In this document: positions 37,970 to 50,230 of the stretch, one piece after another
Layout of the letters: each line of letters begins with the position of its first letter
How positions within the stretch are numbered: position 1 is the first letter of the stretch
Assembly: GCF_001194135.2 (NCBI RefSeq)
Contig: NC_068984.1
Span: forward strand, 80,179,488 to 80,243,487
Reading direction: 5' to 3'
DNA from: Octopus bimaculoides
Taxonomy: Eukaryota
DNA: 64,000 nt
Translations under genes and position numbers: made by a program
The notes under the pieces: generated by a model
Seen by the model: only the letters and a program-made list of their open reading frames with translations
Database searches by the model: none
What the model was told of the DNA's origin: nothing

Positions 37970-38432
37970 TAAATTTGACGACTGGCACCCATGCCAATGT
38001 CGTCTCCTTCATTGGAGACAAAACTCAGCTTGCGAAGACTTATTGAGGCAAGTGAAAGCGAAATCGGGATGGCACATGTGCCCAGCGTCGCCTTTCTGGC
38101 ACTTGTGCCCATGGCATGTGTAAGGATTTTCGAGTGAGATTGTTGTCAGTGCCCCTGGACTGGCTTTTGTGCCGGTGGCACATAAAATACACCATTTTGA
38201 GAGTGACCGTTGCCAGTACCGCCTGACTGGCCTTCGTGCCGGTGGCACATAAAAGCACCCACTACACTCTCTGAGTGGCTGGTGTTAGGAAGGGCATCCA
38301 GCTGTAGAAATTCTGCCAAATCAGATTGGAGCCTGGTGTAGCCATCTGGTACGCCAGTCCTCAGTCAAATCGTCCAACCCATGCTAGCATGGAAAGCGGA
38401 CATTAAACGATGATGATGATGATGATGATGAT
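37970..38432 (+). mobile_element. Long family B element with 5' block and ~62-bp subunits
   Basis: Shares gacgactggcacccatgcca..tccttcattgga..gcttgcgaagac with 57955-58560. Confidence 0.9.
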
Positions 38433-39519
38433 GTTCAATGCTGCCATAGATGGAATGGTTTGAACAGGAACCAATGGGTCCCAGTGGGTTCAGAGACTGC
38501 ATTAAGCCCCCATATCTGTCTTGCCATGATTTCCGTGCTTGGATGCCCTCCCTAATGCCAGTACATTTTCGGTTTGTATTGTGTGCCTTTTTTCTTTCTT
38601 TTTTTTTTTTCATGCCATCAGTTCTTGTGAAGCTAGCATCAGGTGTACCCTGAGAGAGGGTTTCCATTATGCTAGGAGACAAGGGCTAAAGTAAGAGACA
38701 GAGGATGGGGCAGAGCAGGTTCTTGCAGTAGAAGGGCTATATGGCTACTCACATTTTAGAAGAGTTTGTTAAAACAATCAGCAGGAACTGTAAAGGTTTA
38801 ATTAGGGGTGATTAAATGTCCAGGCTGCTTCTCAAGGTGCAAGGTGAGTAGATTTGAATAGTGAGTGGGAACAGAAGAACAAGGAGTGTAAGTGGATGGG
38901 GATGTGAGAGTGTATAAGGGTGCAAGAGATGGGGCAGATGGGAGAGAGAAAAGTTGGTAATCACTATAAAGATTAGGTGAGGTTGAAGGATGGGTGGAGT
39001 TGAAGGCTGGGTGTAAAGATTGGAGGATGACCAATAATGCATGAGTTGGAGAGTGTCACAGAATACAGAAGTGAACAGGGTGATGAGGAGAGCATCATGA
39101 AAGTAATGATGATATGGTTGACAGGGGAGGATGAGAGAGAGAGAGAGAGAGAGAGAGATGACATGTGGTTGAGTTGGCTGCAAGAGTAGAGAAGAGAAAA
39201 GATAGGCATGTGCACGAGAAGCAATAATTTGCTAGTTCAATAGGGAAGATTTATAATTTATTTTTGTGTATAGCAACTCTTTAGATCCACCGATATAGGA
39301 CCTTTGAAAAGTAGCCACTATTGTTGCAGCAGTTGGAATTAAACCCCTTGAATGTCTTCTATTGTGTCTTTGCTTGTGAGGACAGATGGTAAGAGTGTAG
39401 AGTAGGTGAGAACAGCTTCAATTCTCCCGGTGGCATCCTCTACTGTTTTTGCTCTTTAAGAATGGGCATCTTCATCTAGACAATAGTTGTATTTGATATG
39501 TGTTGACTTACACAGAATA

Positions 39520-39553
<34 letters not shown>

Positions 39554-39908
39554 GGCACTCAAAGACAACCAGGGGGGAAAATGATCACAGTATGAACTTT
39601 TAAATATAAAAACAGCATGAAGCTCTAGATTTGTATTTTATATTGTGCACTATATTTGAAAGTAATCAAGTTTGATTGAACCATTTTCAGTTAATATATA
39701 TATATATATATATATGTGTGTTATACAGTTCAGGTAAATCCCAGCTGTTTTCTCTTGGAGCATATCTGTTTATTCCATTATTACAATCCAACATGTGGTC
39801 ACAGTTGCTGCTGTGTATTCGTCAAAATACTATCAAAATTGAGAATCATGGAAATATTATTTGCTAAGTTATTGTATAATAAAACAGGAAAGTGGAAATG
39901 TTTTGGCA

Positions 39909-40113
39909 TTATTTATTCTCCATTAGAGATGTTTCATTTTGTAATAGGAATTACAAAGATTTACATGTTAGATAGGCATGTAAGGAATTTCCTATTAGAA
40001 ATTCTTCAGATTTTTTTTTCTGTCTGAAGAATCTGTAACAGATGTCTATCTAACATGTAAATATTTGTAATTTCTATTAGCAAATGAAACGAGTGTAATG
40101 GAGAAATAAATAA
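39909..40113. repeat. ~205-bp foldback palindrome (MITE-like)
   Basis: Arms 39909-40010 and 40023-40113 are reverse complements (ttacaaagatttacatgttagataggcat / atgtctatctaacatgtaaatatttgtaa) around a 12-nt loop. Confidence 0.85.
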
Positions 40114-40326
40114 AACTAACAAATTTTCACGCTCCTGTTTTGTTATATATATATATATATANNNNNNNNNNNNNNNNNNNNNNNNNNNNNNNNNNNNNNN
40201 NNNNNNNNNNNNNNNNNNNNNNNNNNNNNNNNNNNNNNNNNNNNNNNNNNNNNNNNNNNNNNNNNNNNNNNNNNNNNNNNNNNNNNNNNNNNNNNNNNNN
40301 NNNNNNNNNNNNNNNNNNNNNNNNNN

Positions 40327-40357
<31 letters not shown>

Positions 40358-40366
40358 CTCCCGCAA

Positions 40367-41483
40367 ACAACTAGACTCCTTCCTCTCTTTTGTCAAATCT
40401 TTCCAACCTACCCTCCACTTCTTCTGCAATATTTCCAACACTTCCATCGCCTTTCTCAACATTTCGGTCAGCATTCATCACTCGACTTTCACCACCTCCA
40501 TCTACTACAAGCACGCAGACTTACACTCATACCTCAACTTCTCCTCCTCCCACCCTACCCACACCGAGCTCTTCATCCCCTATTCCCAATTCCTCCGTCT
40601 GCGCAGGCTCTTCAGTCACAACCATGACTTTGAGACTCAATCTCAACTCATGGCTCACCACTTCATCCTATGTGGATATCCCCTCACCACTATCCACACC
40701 ACCCTTACCAGAGTACATTCTGTGGACTGTGCATCTGCTCTCTCCCCCTACACCCGCTCCTCCGTCACCCATCTCCTGTTTCCATCACCCACCACCCCTC
40801 CACCCTACCTCTCCAATGCACCATTCTCCGAGCCTTCTAGTGACTCCAGTCTGACCCCCCCGCCACTTCGCACATCTTCCCTAACTGACTCCTTCCCTCC
40901 TTCAAACAAGCCCACAACCTACATGCCCTCCTGGTCCACAATTTCTTCCCTAACCCAACCTCTCAACTCAGCTCATTCCCCTGCTCCCACCCATGCTGCT
41001 GCATTTGCCTTTACCTCTCTAACACCACCATCCTAACAAGCACCCATCATTGACCCTATTATATCAATGACCCCTTCACCTGCACTTCCAGCAATGTCAT
41101 CTACTGCATCTCCTGCTCTCCCTGTCCTTCTCTGTACATCAGTTAAATGGACGCCACTTGGCTAACCAGTTCATGGAACACCTCTGAGATATCAGACTTG
41201 GCAACAACACCCTGGCCTCATGCCATTTCCACTCTACCGGTCATTCTTTACAACACCTGTCTGTGTTCGGATTGTCCTCTCACACCTACTTCCTCCCTTC
41301 ACTCCCACCCACCTCTCATCTCTTCTCTTGCTCTGACACCTACTTCCTCTTTTCACTCCTACCCACCTTCTCCCTTCCACCCTCTCCCTTCATTGTCACC
41401 CCCTCCATCTTTACCCCACCCCTATACATTCCAACCACACCATCCCATTCCACCCCACCCCATCCCACGCATTCCACTCCCAC
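40367..41483 (+). pseudogene. Penelope-like element: RT C-terminus plus GIY-YIG endonuclease, decayed
   Basis: FLNISVSI..TSIYYKHADLHSYLNFSSSHPTH..IPYSQFLRLRRL (PLE RT thumb), then FTCTSSNVIYCISCSPCPSLYIS* and HSTGHSLQHLSVFG (GIY-YIG region); flanked by gaps. Confidence 0.9.
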
Positions 41484-42335
41484 NNNNNNNNNNNNNNNNN
41501 NNNNNNNNNNNNNNNNNNNNNNNNNNNNNNNNNNNNNNNNNNNNNNNNNNNNNNNNNNNNNNNNNNNNNNNNNNNNNNNNNNNNNNNNNNNNNNNNNNNN
41601 NNNNNNNNNNNNNNNNNNNNNNNNNNNNNNNNNNNNNNNNNNNNNNNNNNNNNNNNNNNNNNNNNNNNNNNNNNNNNNNNNNNNNNNNNNNNNNNNNNNN
41701 NNNNNNNNNNNNNNNNNNNNNNNNNNNNNNNNNNNNNNNNNNNNNNNNNNNNNNNNNNNNNNNNNNNNNNNNNNNNNNNNNNNNNNNNNNNNNNNNNNNN
41801 NNNNNNNNNNNNNNNNNNNNNNNNNNNNNNNNNNNNNNNNNNNNNNNNNNNNNNNNNNNNNNNNNNNNNNNNNNNNNNNNNNNNNNNNNNNNNNNNNNNN
41901 NNNNNNNNNNNNNNNNNNNNNNNNNNNNNNNNNNNNNNNNNNNNNNNNNNNNNNNNNNNNNNNNNNNNNNNNNNNNNNNNNNNNNNNNNNNNNNNNNNNN
42001 NNNNNNNNNNNNNNNNNNNNNNNNNNNNNNNNNNNNNNNNNNNNNNNNNNNNNNNNNNNNNNNNNNNNNNNNNNNNNNNNNNNNNNNNNNNNNNNNNNNN
42101 NNNNNNNNNNNNNNNNNNNNNNNNNNNNNNNNNNNNNNNNNNNNNNNNNNNNNNNNNNNNNNNNNNNNNNNNNNNNNNNNNNNNNNNNNNNNNNNNNNNN
42201 NNNNNNNNNNNNNNNNNNNNNNNNNNNNNNNNNNNNNNNNNNNNNNNNNNNNNNNNNNNNNNNNNNNNNNNNNNNNNNNNNNNNNNNNNNNNNNNNNNNN
42301 NNNNNNNNNNNNNNNNNNNNNNNNNNNNNNNNTAG

Positions 42336-42433
42336 GGATTGACAGTAACCTGCTTCTCCAACATACTGAGAATTCAGAAATAGCAGTCAAAGAACTACTG
42401 ATTTCAAAACTACAAATTATTACTCCAGATTGA
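42336..42433 (+). CDS. Candidate terminal exon (G-IDSNLLLQHTENSEIAVKELLISKLQIITPD*)
   Basis: TAG directly after an N gap, so the pyrimidine tract is unseen; the phase-1 start is compatible with exon D; protein-like composition; AATAAA at 42572-42577. Confidence 0.3.
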
Positions 42434-42742
42434 TAGTGATATTTTTGATACACACAGAACAAAAAACAGTAGAGAAGAGTAAAAAAACCACCTGCCTTTA
42501 GTTAATTTAGTACGATCGTTTCACAGTTAAGAGTAAAGAATACTCTATTCTGATCTTCAGCTAAATATTCCAATAAATTTGTTAATGTCTAAATAACTCA
42601 CATTAATTTTGACCATGCGAACATCAATACCACATGAGGAAGACGATTAGAAATTTATCGGCCAGTGAGTTCATACTGAGCTACCCGGCAAAATTGTTAA
42701 TTATTAATTTTATTACTAATTGACGATTCCCTGCCCTGCATA

Positions 42743-42775
<33 letters not shown>

Positions 42776-43045
42776 NNNNNNNNNNAATGTAGATGAAATA
42801 TTGAGTGTTCAATATAAAGGATCAAATATATAAATATATAAATATAAATATATAAAGGCGACTCGAGTTTCAGGGCTATTTCCCTTCGTCATGGCCGGTA
42901 TGACAGACTTTAACAGCCATTTCAAGGATGTCATGACCACATTAGGGATTAATAAATCCAAATTTCATTGGTTTAATCTCCATCACATGGGAAGAAAATC
43001 TCCACACTATGTTATAAATTATTACAATAAGTATTATTAATAATA

Positions 43046-44092
43046 AGGCAAGAAAATGGTGAGTTTAAGATGTTTAGTTAATTTATTTGCATCATAGTTT
43101 GAAGCTGAAATTCAAAAACTAATAAATTTTCCAAAAGTACAAAAGAAATTCAAAAAATTCTACGTAGCTGTTTGGTAAGTAGCTTGCTTACCAACCACAT
43201 GGTTCTGGGTTCAGTCCCACTGTGTTGCATCTTGGGCAAGTGTCTTCCACTATAGCCTCGGCCAACCAAAGCCTTGTGAGTGGATTTGGTAGACGGAAAC
43301 TGAAAGAAGCCCGTCGTATATATGTATATATATATGTGTGTGTTTGTCCTCCTAGCATTGCTTGACAACCGATGCTGGTGTGTTTATGTCGCCATCACTT
43401 AGCGGTTCAGCAAAAAAGACCAATAGAATAAGTACTAGGCTTACAAAGAATAAGTCCTGGGATCAATTTGCTCGACTAAAGGCAGTGCTCCAGCATGGCC
43501 ACAATCAAATGACTGAAATAAGTAAAAAGTAAAAAAAAAGTATATGTTTCAATTCTGACCCCTTAGTAATTCATAATTTGAAGCATTTGGGTCAAATCCA
43601 ATGTTAAAAATTGGTTATCATTTTAAACTGCATGGGGCAGAATCTCTTCAGGTTTTAATTTTTTTTTTTGTTTTTATAAAATGATGGTTACATTTTTCTT
43701 GAAGGGATTCATGCAGATTAAAATGATAACCAATTCTTAACATTGGATTTGATCCAAAGTATGAATTACTAAGGGACCAGAATCGAAACATGTGTAGGTT
43801 TTCTTGAGTTTCTTGAATCCCTTCATGAAAGATGTAACCGTGATTTTATAAAAACAAAAATAAACCTGAAGAGATTCTGCCCCATGCAGTTTAAAATGAT
43901 AACCAATTCTTAACTTTGGATTTGACCCAAATGCTTTGAATTATGAATTACTAAGGGGCCAGAATCAAAACATATGTAAGTTTTTTGAGTTTCTTTAGTA
44001 CTTTTAAAAAATTTATTTGTATTTAAATTTTAACTTCAAACTATGATACAAATAAATTAACTATACATTCTCAACTCTCCATTTTCTTATCT
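43046..44092. mobile_element. Large TA-flanked foldback/MITE with ~290-bp arms, left arm split by a SINE
   Basis: TA|aggcaagaaaatgg ... ccattttcttatct|TA; left arm 43046-43163 plus 43541-43711 versus right arm 43814-44092; the centre 43712-43813 is a partial third copy. Confidence 0.85.
43164..43540 (+). mobile_element. SINE family A copy nested in the foldback arm
   Basis: Typical family A body and aagtaaaaagt tail. Confidence 0.9.
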
Positions 44093-44160
44093 TATATACA
44101 TACGCATACATATATATATATGTCAATAAGTGATAGATGTATTCTGACTAATCACAACAG

Positions 44161-44200
44161 TTGTGGACAGTCAAGGGCAAAACTCAGAGTACACTGTTAG
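44161..44200 (+). CDS. Candidate micro-exon (VDSQGQNSEYTV-R or LWTVKGKTQSTLL)
   Basis: Branch-like ctgactaat followed by cacaacag|, and strong donor TAG|gtatgt; little pyrimidine tract. Confidence 0.25.
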
Positions 44201-45989
44201 GTATGTATCTGCTTTACCCACTGTACTGAGTTCTATATCAGACTCTGTTTGTGTTATGGGAATTATATGTTTGTTTCATTTTACAACACTTGTGTTATTA
44301 CTTATACTCAGACATGCACATGCACCATCATGTATGAAATACATAAATACACATCTGCATTGTTGTCATGCTTGTGTACTAAAAATTAAAACTTGTTTAC
44401 ACTTCCTATATTTTAACATACACAATAACAAGCACATACAATTCGACATACAGTGCAATATTGATTTTAGAACAAAGAACTTCTTAACCCAAAGTAACTT
44501 CTTAACACCTGTCAATTGAACAGTGTCAGGTATTAGTAAAATCTATTGAACATGGATTTAAAATTATTTGTCTCTTTTGTCTTGAAATAAATGACAAAAG
44601 ACTGTACGAAAGAAACACCACAAGGGTAATAGGATGGGTATAAAATGGGATATGTATATAATGTTATTTAAAGTATGTTTCTGAAATGGAAACAAGGATC
44701 TGGAGTCCATTATGTACCGTGTGTGTGTGTGTGTGATTCATTATGTAAGTAATTGGCTTTAATCATTAATCAAAGTTGCAAAACTAATTATTTTGCATGC
44801 AAGCGAAATAATTAAAATCAGACATCAAATGTTTGAAATTTCCTATGCTACTCTTTGTAATCGACATCCTTCATTAATGGGTGGTTAGCTTTGGTTGTTG
44901 TTGCTGTTAATGTTGTTGCTATTATTGTTGTCATCGTTAGCCCCAGGCTTGGTTTTAACTGAGCATATATATTATGAAAGACATTCCAGCTATGATTGTG
45001 CTATCTCTCTTTCTATTCGATATAGTTCATCTATACTTTGCACAATTTTCATCTATACTTTACACATTTTTTTTTGTCTGTTTGTTACCTTTCATCACAG
45101 TGGGTGAACAGTAGCATAATTGGTTACAGGTTTCCAATTCACCAATCACTGTTTCAATATATTTCTGATGGTTTGAATAACATTTCTCTTACAAATCTGT
45201 GTAACTCATTGTTGAATAAATATCACAAGAATCTGTGAATGTGTTCAAATGCACCAGTTTTCATTTTTCTTGCTGACATTGATGTTTTTAGCTGTTATCA
45301 TCATTTTATATCCATTTTTCATGCTGGTATGGAGACAATGAATCGCTACAGTCTAAGTCAGTTCTTATTTACAGTTACAGCCTTCCTAGACAGATCAGGA
45401 ACCATGCCTTATATGTACATTCCATTTTTAGTATGGTTTCTATGTCTGGATGTCCTTTCTCATGCCAATCTCTTTAGAGTACACTGACTTCATTTTATCA
45501 TTGCACCAACACTAGTGAAGTTGTCTTGTGCCACATAAGACCAAAGAGTGAGCCCTCTCTATTCTATATTGTCTCCGTTTGTTTGGGGCAATGTGACTGA
45601 GCAAGTGAATGGGAGAGAGACGTAGGGGAGAAGTAGAGGGAAAGAAAGAAACACAGTGGAAAATGAGAAAGAATGATGACAGAAAAAGTAGAATAAGAAA
45701 GTAAAGGAAGAGAGAATATGAAGGGAAAAAGACAGTGATTGGAATGAGAGAACAGGAATAGAAGAGAGCAGTTGATGGCAACACTAAGCTGGTCATTTGG
45801 AAGGAGGATTAGTGGCATAAAAGGAACAGCAATATGATGGAGTGAGAAGAAATGACAAGGTGATAGAAAAGAGAGTATTTAATGTGAGAAATGAGACAGG
45901 GGGATGTATGTTAAAATGAGTAATAACAATGGAATAACTGTGTGTGTGTGAAAGCAAGAGAGTGAATGAGGGAAGGGAGATGGATAGCA

Positions 45990-46330
45990 AGAGTTTGTTG
46001 ATTGTAAGAGAGGGTGATACATGTCAAAACTGAGTGACCGGGATAAGAAACAGTTATGTCTGGCAACAGAGAAGAGTGTTGGTTGGGAATATTGATTAAT
46101 CACTGGCAAATCTGAGGCTATAAGTTACTCAAGTGCCATGATGTAAAGGAGGTAAGCATGCTGGCTGGGATGATTGAATATGGACAGATCTAATGTTACT
46201 TGTGTTATACAGATGTTGTGGTACAATGAATAGAAGTTGAGTGACCAATGACAGCATATGAAGGGGATGAGAAGTAGATGGAAGCTTAACAGGAACATAA
46301 TAGTTGAGGGAGCCAAGTATAGATACTAGT
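45990..46330 (-). pseudogene. Possible decayed L2/Crack-like LINE 3' end
   Basis: Minus strand NYYVPVKLPSTSH..NIRSVHIQSSQ..*SIFP loosely resembles the C-terminus of this group; weak. Confidence 0.3.
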
Positions 46331-46639
46331 TTCAAATTTTGGTATAAGGCCAGCAATTTCTGGAGAGGGGTAATTCAAATTCATCAACACCAGTATGCAA
46401 GTGGTACTTATTTTATCAACCTTGAAAGGATGAAAGACAAAGTCAACCTCAGCAGCATTTGAAATCAGAACTTGAAGACGGATAAAATGTTACTTAGCAT
46501 TTTGCCTGGTATGCAAATGATTCTGCCAGCTACCTGCTTTGCAAAAAAAAACAAATATTATAGCTGCCATTCTAAACACATTTGTAACATCCAGTTTATC
46601 ATACTAGAATGAATGGGCAGGTCCTCTCTAGCATTGCAT

Positions 46640-47035
46640 TTTATCAATAATTGAGCTTCTTTATCATCTTATTTATGAGTTTCAGTAATTTGAGATTGGT
46701 CTTTGCTACTTTGTCCTATTTCTTCCAAGATGTTCCACTTCCACAGGCTCCTTTCACTCTAACCAAACAGAATTTCTTTATAAAGCTTACATCCCCCATA
46801 GCTATCATATATGCCTCAACCAGTGTAATCTCCTTTCTTGCACATCACCACATCTCATTTCTTTCATATCCAGTTTTTCCCTCAGTTCATTTGTGCTGTG
46901 TCATTTATGTACACTAATACTACATCATGTCCTGAAGTATGCTAGCTTCTTTTCTTTCTAGTCTTCACAAATCCTCTGCATTCTTGGCCTACATCTTACT
47001 ACCATGCAGTATTGTACTTTATATATAAGCATCAG
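46640..47035 (-). pseudogene. Decayed RTE-type LINE 3' ORF fragment
   Basis: Colinear diverged match to 24850-25200 (cttcacaaatcctctgca..atgcagt; ttccacagg). Confidence 0.55.
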
Positions 47036-48552
47036 ATAATCTGGAATTCTCTTTCTAGGAGTTGAACTCTTTATTCCCAGCAGAAATAATAGTTCCCTGG
47101 AATATTTTCATCTTGTTTTTATTCTGGTATTTGCAATATATGCAACCTAAAGAAGAGACAAATTACCACAAAGACTAATTTATAGACTCAGTTCCGCTTG
47201 AGGTTACTTTAGATCTTTTGGACCCAATGTTTAACTACTTCACAATGATGAAGTTCTGAATTCAATCCTCTTCATCTCTTCATCTTCAGCCCTTGTGAGT
47301 AAAATTGAATGGCTGAAAATTGTACAAAAGAGTGGGGGCCATCAGATGGATTGTAACCTCAATTCAAAGGGTTGGGCTTGTTATATGCACCGTCATGCAG
47401 ATTCTGATTACAGAGGATTAATATTAATGATGTCAGGTATCTGTTGAACCCTCATCCTCTTACACTGTAATTTAATGAGCAGATATCATTGTCAAAACTG
47501 ACAGGAAGATTCTTCATTCATTGAACATGCATAAAAGTTGGTCAGCTTTTACTCTCAGATTTTGGCCAGAAACATAAAACAAGGAGTTAAAGAAGGTATT
47601 GTATTTAAATTGCTGCTGAGTCACTTAATTTCTGAAGAAATGGTTATTACATATTTATATTATTTGCTAAAGAAAAATTTTTAAATATTTAAAAAACATG
47701 TTTAGACAAAAAATAATCAATTTTTTAATCAAAATCCGGAAATTATCCCATATTAAAATTCAGATTAAAATATTTTTGCATGATAAATGTATCTATTTCC
47801 TGGCAAACATTAATTAATGAATATAAAATTCCTAATTTGTCTCATTTATTCATTGTGATGGTTTAACACAAACTGCAGCTTCTAAACTTAGAGTTTAAGT
47901 ACTACATCACATTACAATTTGTGTCTAGGGAGGATAATTTTTTTCCCAACATTTAACAAGCAAAGAAAGTTTGTTAATGAATTTAAATAATATCATATTT
48001 TAAATGCAAAAAAAAAAATGTTTAAGTTAATAAGAAATTTTCTACATAACACAAGTATGGCTATGTGGTTAAAAAGTTTGATTCACAATCATGTTTCCAG
48101 GTTTAATCTTATACAGTACCTTGGTTTGGTGCTTCCAAGCAAAACCTCAGAATGACCCGTATTCTCTGGGTAAAACCTGGTAGATTGAAACATCATAGTA
48201 TACACGGATCTGTTCCTGGATAATAGATCTAATCCACCACCCTTTTTAACACAACCATCTGATCCTTTGGTGCTAGTATTGCACAGTTTCCCAGCTTTTT
48301 TTTTACTAAAAGTCTACCTAAAATGCTTTAAATGCTTACATCCACTTCCAACTTTTACCTCTGTGTAGCAGCTCTAATTACAATTAATGAATGTAAACTA
48401 ATTTATTAGTTTAGTTATAAAAGTGCATTTAGTAATATCATCAAAATAAGAATAATCAAGATAGTAGACATTGTTTATTAATATGATTAAAATAGAATAA
48501 TATGAATCTCCTATGTTAATCATAAAGCTGCTATATTATTCTTGTAACAGGT

Positions 48553-50230
48553 TTATGGATGTAGTCTTTGTTGTTGATGACCAGCAGTAAGTTTTGCAAT
48601 ATTGGGTTCCAAATTTGATAAAAGAAGTCTTAACTCTCCACACTGCACAACTGTTATTCAGTTCTATTCTTGGTTAAAATTTGCATTATTGTATTTTCCC
48701 ACCAGGCATGATGGAAAACCAGTAATAGTTTGGCTTCTTTCCACACTAAAGGAAATTTCATACTACATATTTTCCTTATATCTTGGTTTTTCAAAAGTCA
48801 TTATTACTTCTTCATGATATCCCTAAATTCGATTTTATGTACTACTGTTTGGCACATAAATGAGGATTTTTGCCTCGTGAGAAATTCTTAGTTTGATCAA
48901 GTTAACTTGTTTCTCAAAACCTATCCTTTGATTGTCGAAGACGCATATAGTTGGTCCTCCGATTACCATCCATAAATAACTGTGAACTGCCAAAAGTTCC
49001 TTCTACCAAACTTTTTCTAGTGCAACTTAATTTTAATTATAAAGCTGTTGTCTGTATTCTTTTCATGTATTAGATTAAAATTATTCTCTGACACTTGCGA
49101 ATTCAGGCTGTACAACTTGTCACAAATGCAGCTAAATAAGCTACGTCTCCATAAATATAGCTATTATCTTTTACCACTTGGTCATTTGGTTTATAAGTAA
49201 AAATTCAATAATTATGTCATAAAGCTGGAAGAAGCCTTTCAAATAAGACCTTTTGACAACCGACAACCTTCAGCATTGAGAAGTAGTCTTTCAAAATTTT
49301 CAATATTCCATTCACATAAGTGACAGAATAATGTGGTGTTTAAGAACTAAGCTTTGATTTTGTTAACAGCAAAAATTACGAAAGCATAGCTTGAAGACAG
49401 CTGCTCGTTAAGCCTTTTAACAACAAGATATTGACAATGAACTAATAGTGAATTACAAATAGAGTAGATATTTTCTTCTTTTATATATGACACCTGATAA
49501 GTTTGGCAACCTGTCATAGAAAGTGCACCAACAGTTGCACATGCTATCATATTGCTAAAAGGGATATTGTTATTTTCAAAGTAAGTGCTTAATACTTTAG
49601 AAAATTGTTTGTCTCTTAGTATCTGTTTACAATGATTTATAGAAAAGCTTTTCTTCATAGATTTTCCTTTTTTTTTTTTAACAAAATGAACATAAGCCAT
49701 CAATAAAACCTCTTTGTCTTGTACAGTTGATTCATCAAACTATATACTAAAAACAGTCTTTTGCAGTTCTATGCCCAACAGATTTTCAATATTCTCCTCC
49801 GTTTCATCAGTCCAGCAAGATACAGAGTTATTGCTGAGAAGAACCAATTTCAAAATATCTATATTGACTTTATGGAGTATGATATAAACATCAGAAACTG
49901 AAGGGTATAGTCAGTGTCGCTCCAATTCTGTGTAGCTTCCACATTTAATTACTAACTGTGATATCTTGAATAAAGCAATGAAGCAACTGTCAGGTTTTGG
50001 TTTGAACTTTTTAAATATTTCTAGAATACAGGGTCTTTCAAATGTCACTTTCATCTTTTGCAACTGTATTGTATTATATAAACATTTTTTTTCTATATAA
50101 ACGCTTTAATTATTCTTTAAGTAACATACTTTTAAAATAATTTAAGAATGTAGTTATCCAGTGTGTCCACTCTTTGCTTATATTTGATTAAATGCCATCA
50201 AAGAACATTTTCATTGCTATTACTGTCGTT
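48553..50230 (-). pseudogene. hAT transposase pseudogene, Buster/Charlie (SCAND3/ZBED5-like) group
   Basis: Motifs in order with stops and frameshifts: KISQLVIKCG, LSNNSVS..DE, FSI*FDEST..LLMAYVHF, YFENNNIPFSNMIACATVGALSMTG, VNKIKA, NFERLLLNAE..LSKG, KFPLVWKEAKLLL, GELRLLLSNLEPNIAKLTAGHQQQRLHP* (stop 48553-48555). Confidence 0.9.

Noticed and set aside
37570-39130. Possible L2/Crack-like LINE remnants at about 37570-37900 and 38770-39120
   Set aside because: Motif resemblance is too weak to call without a profile search.
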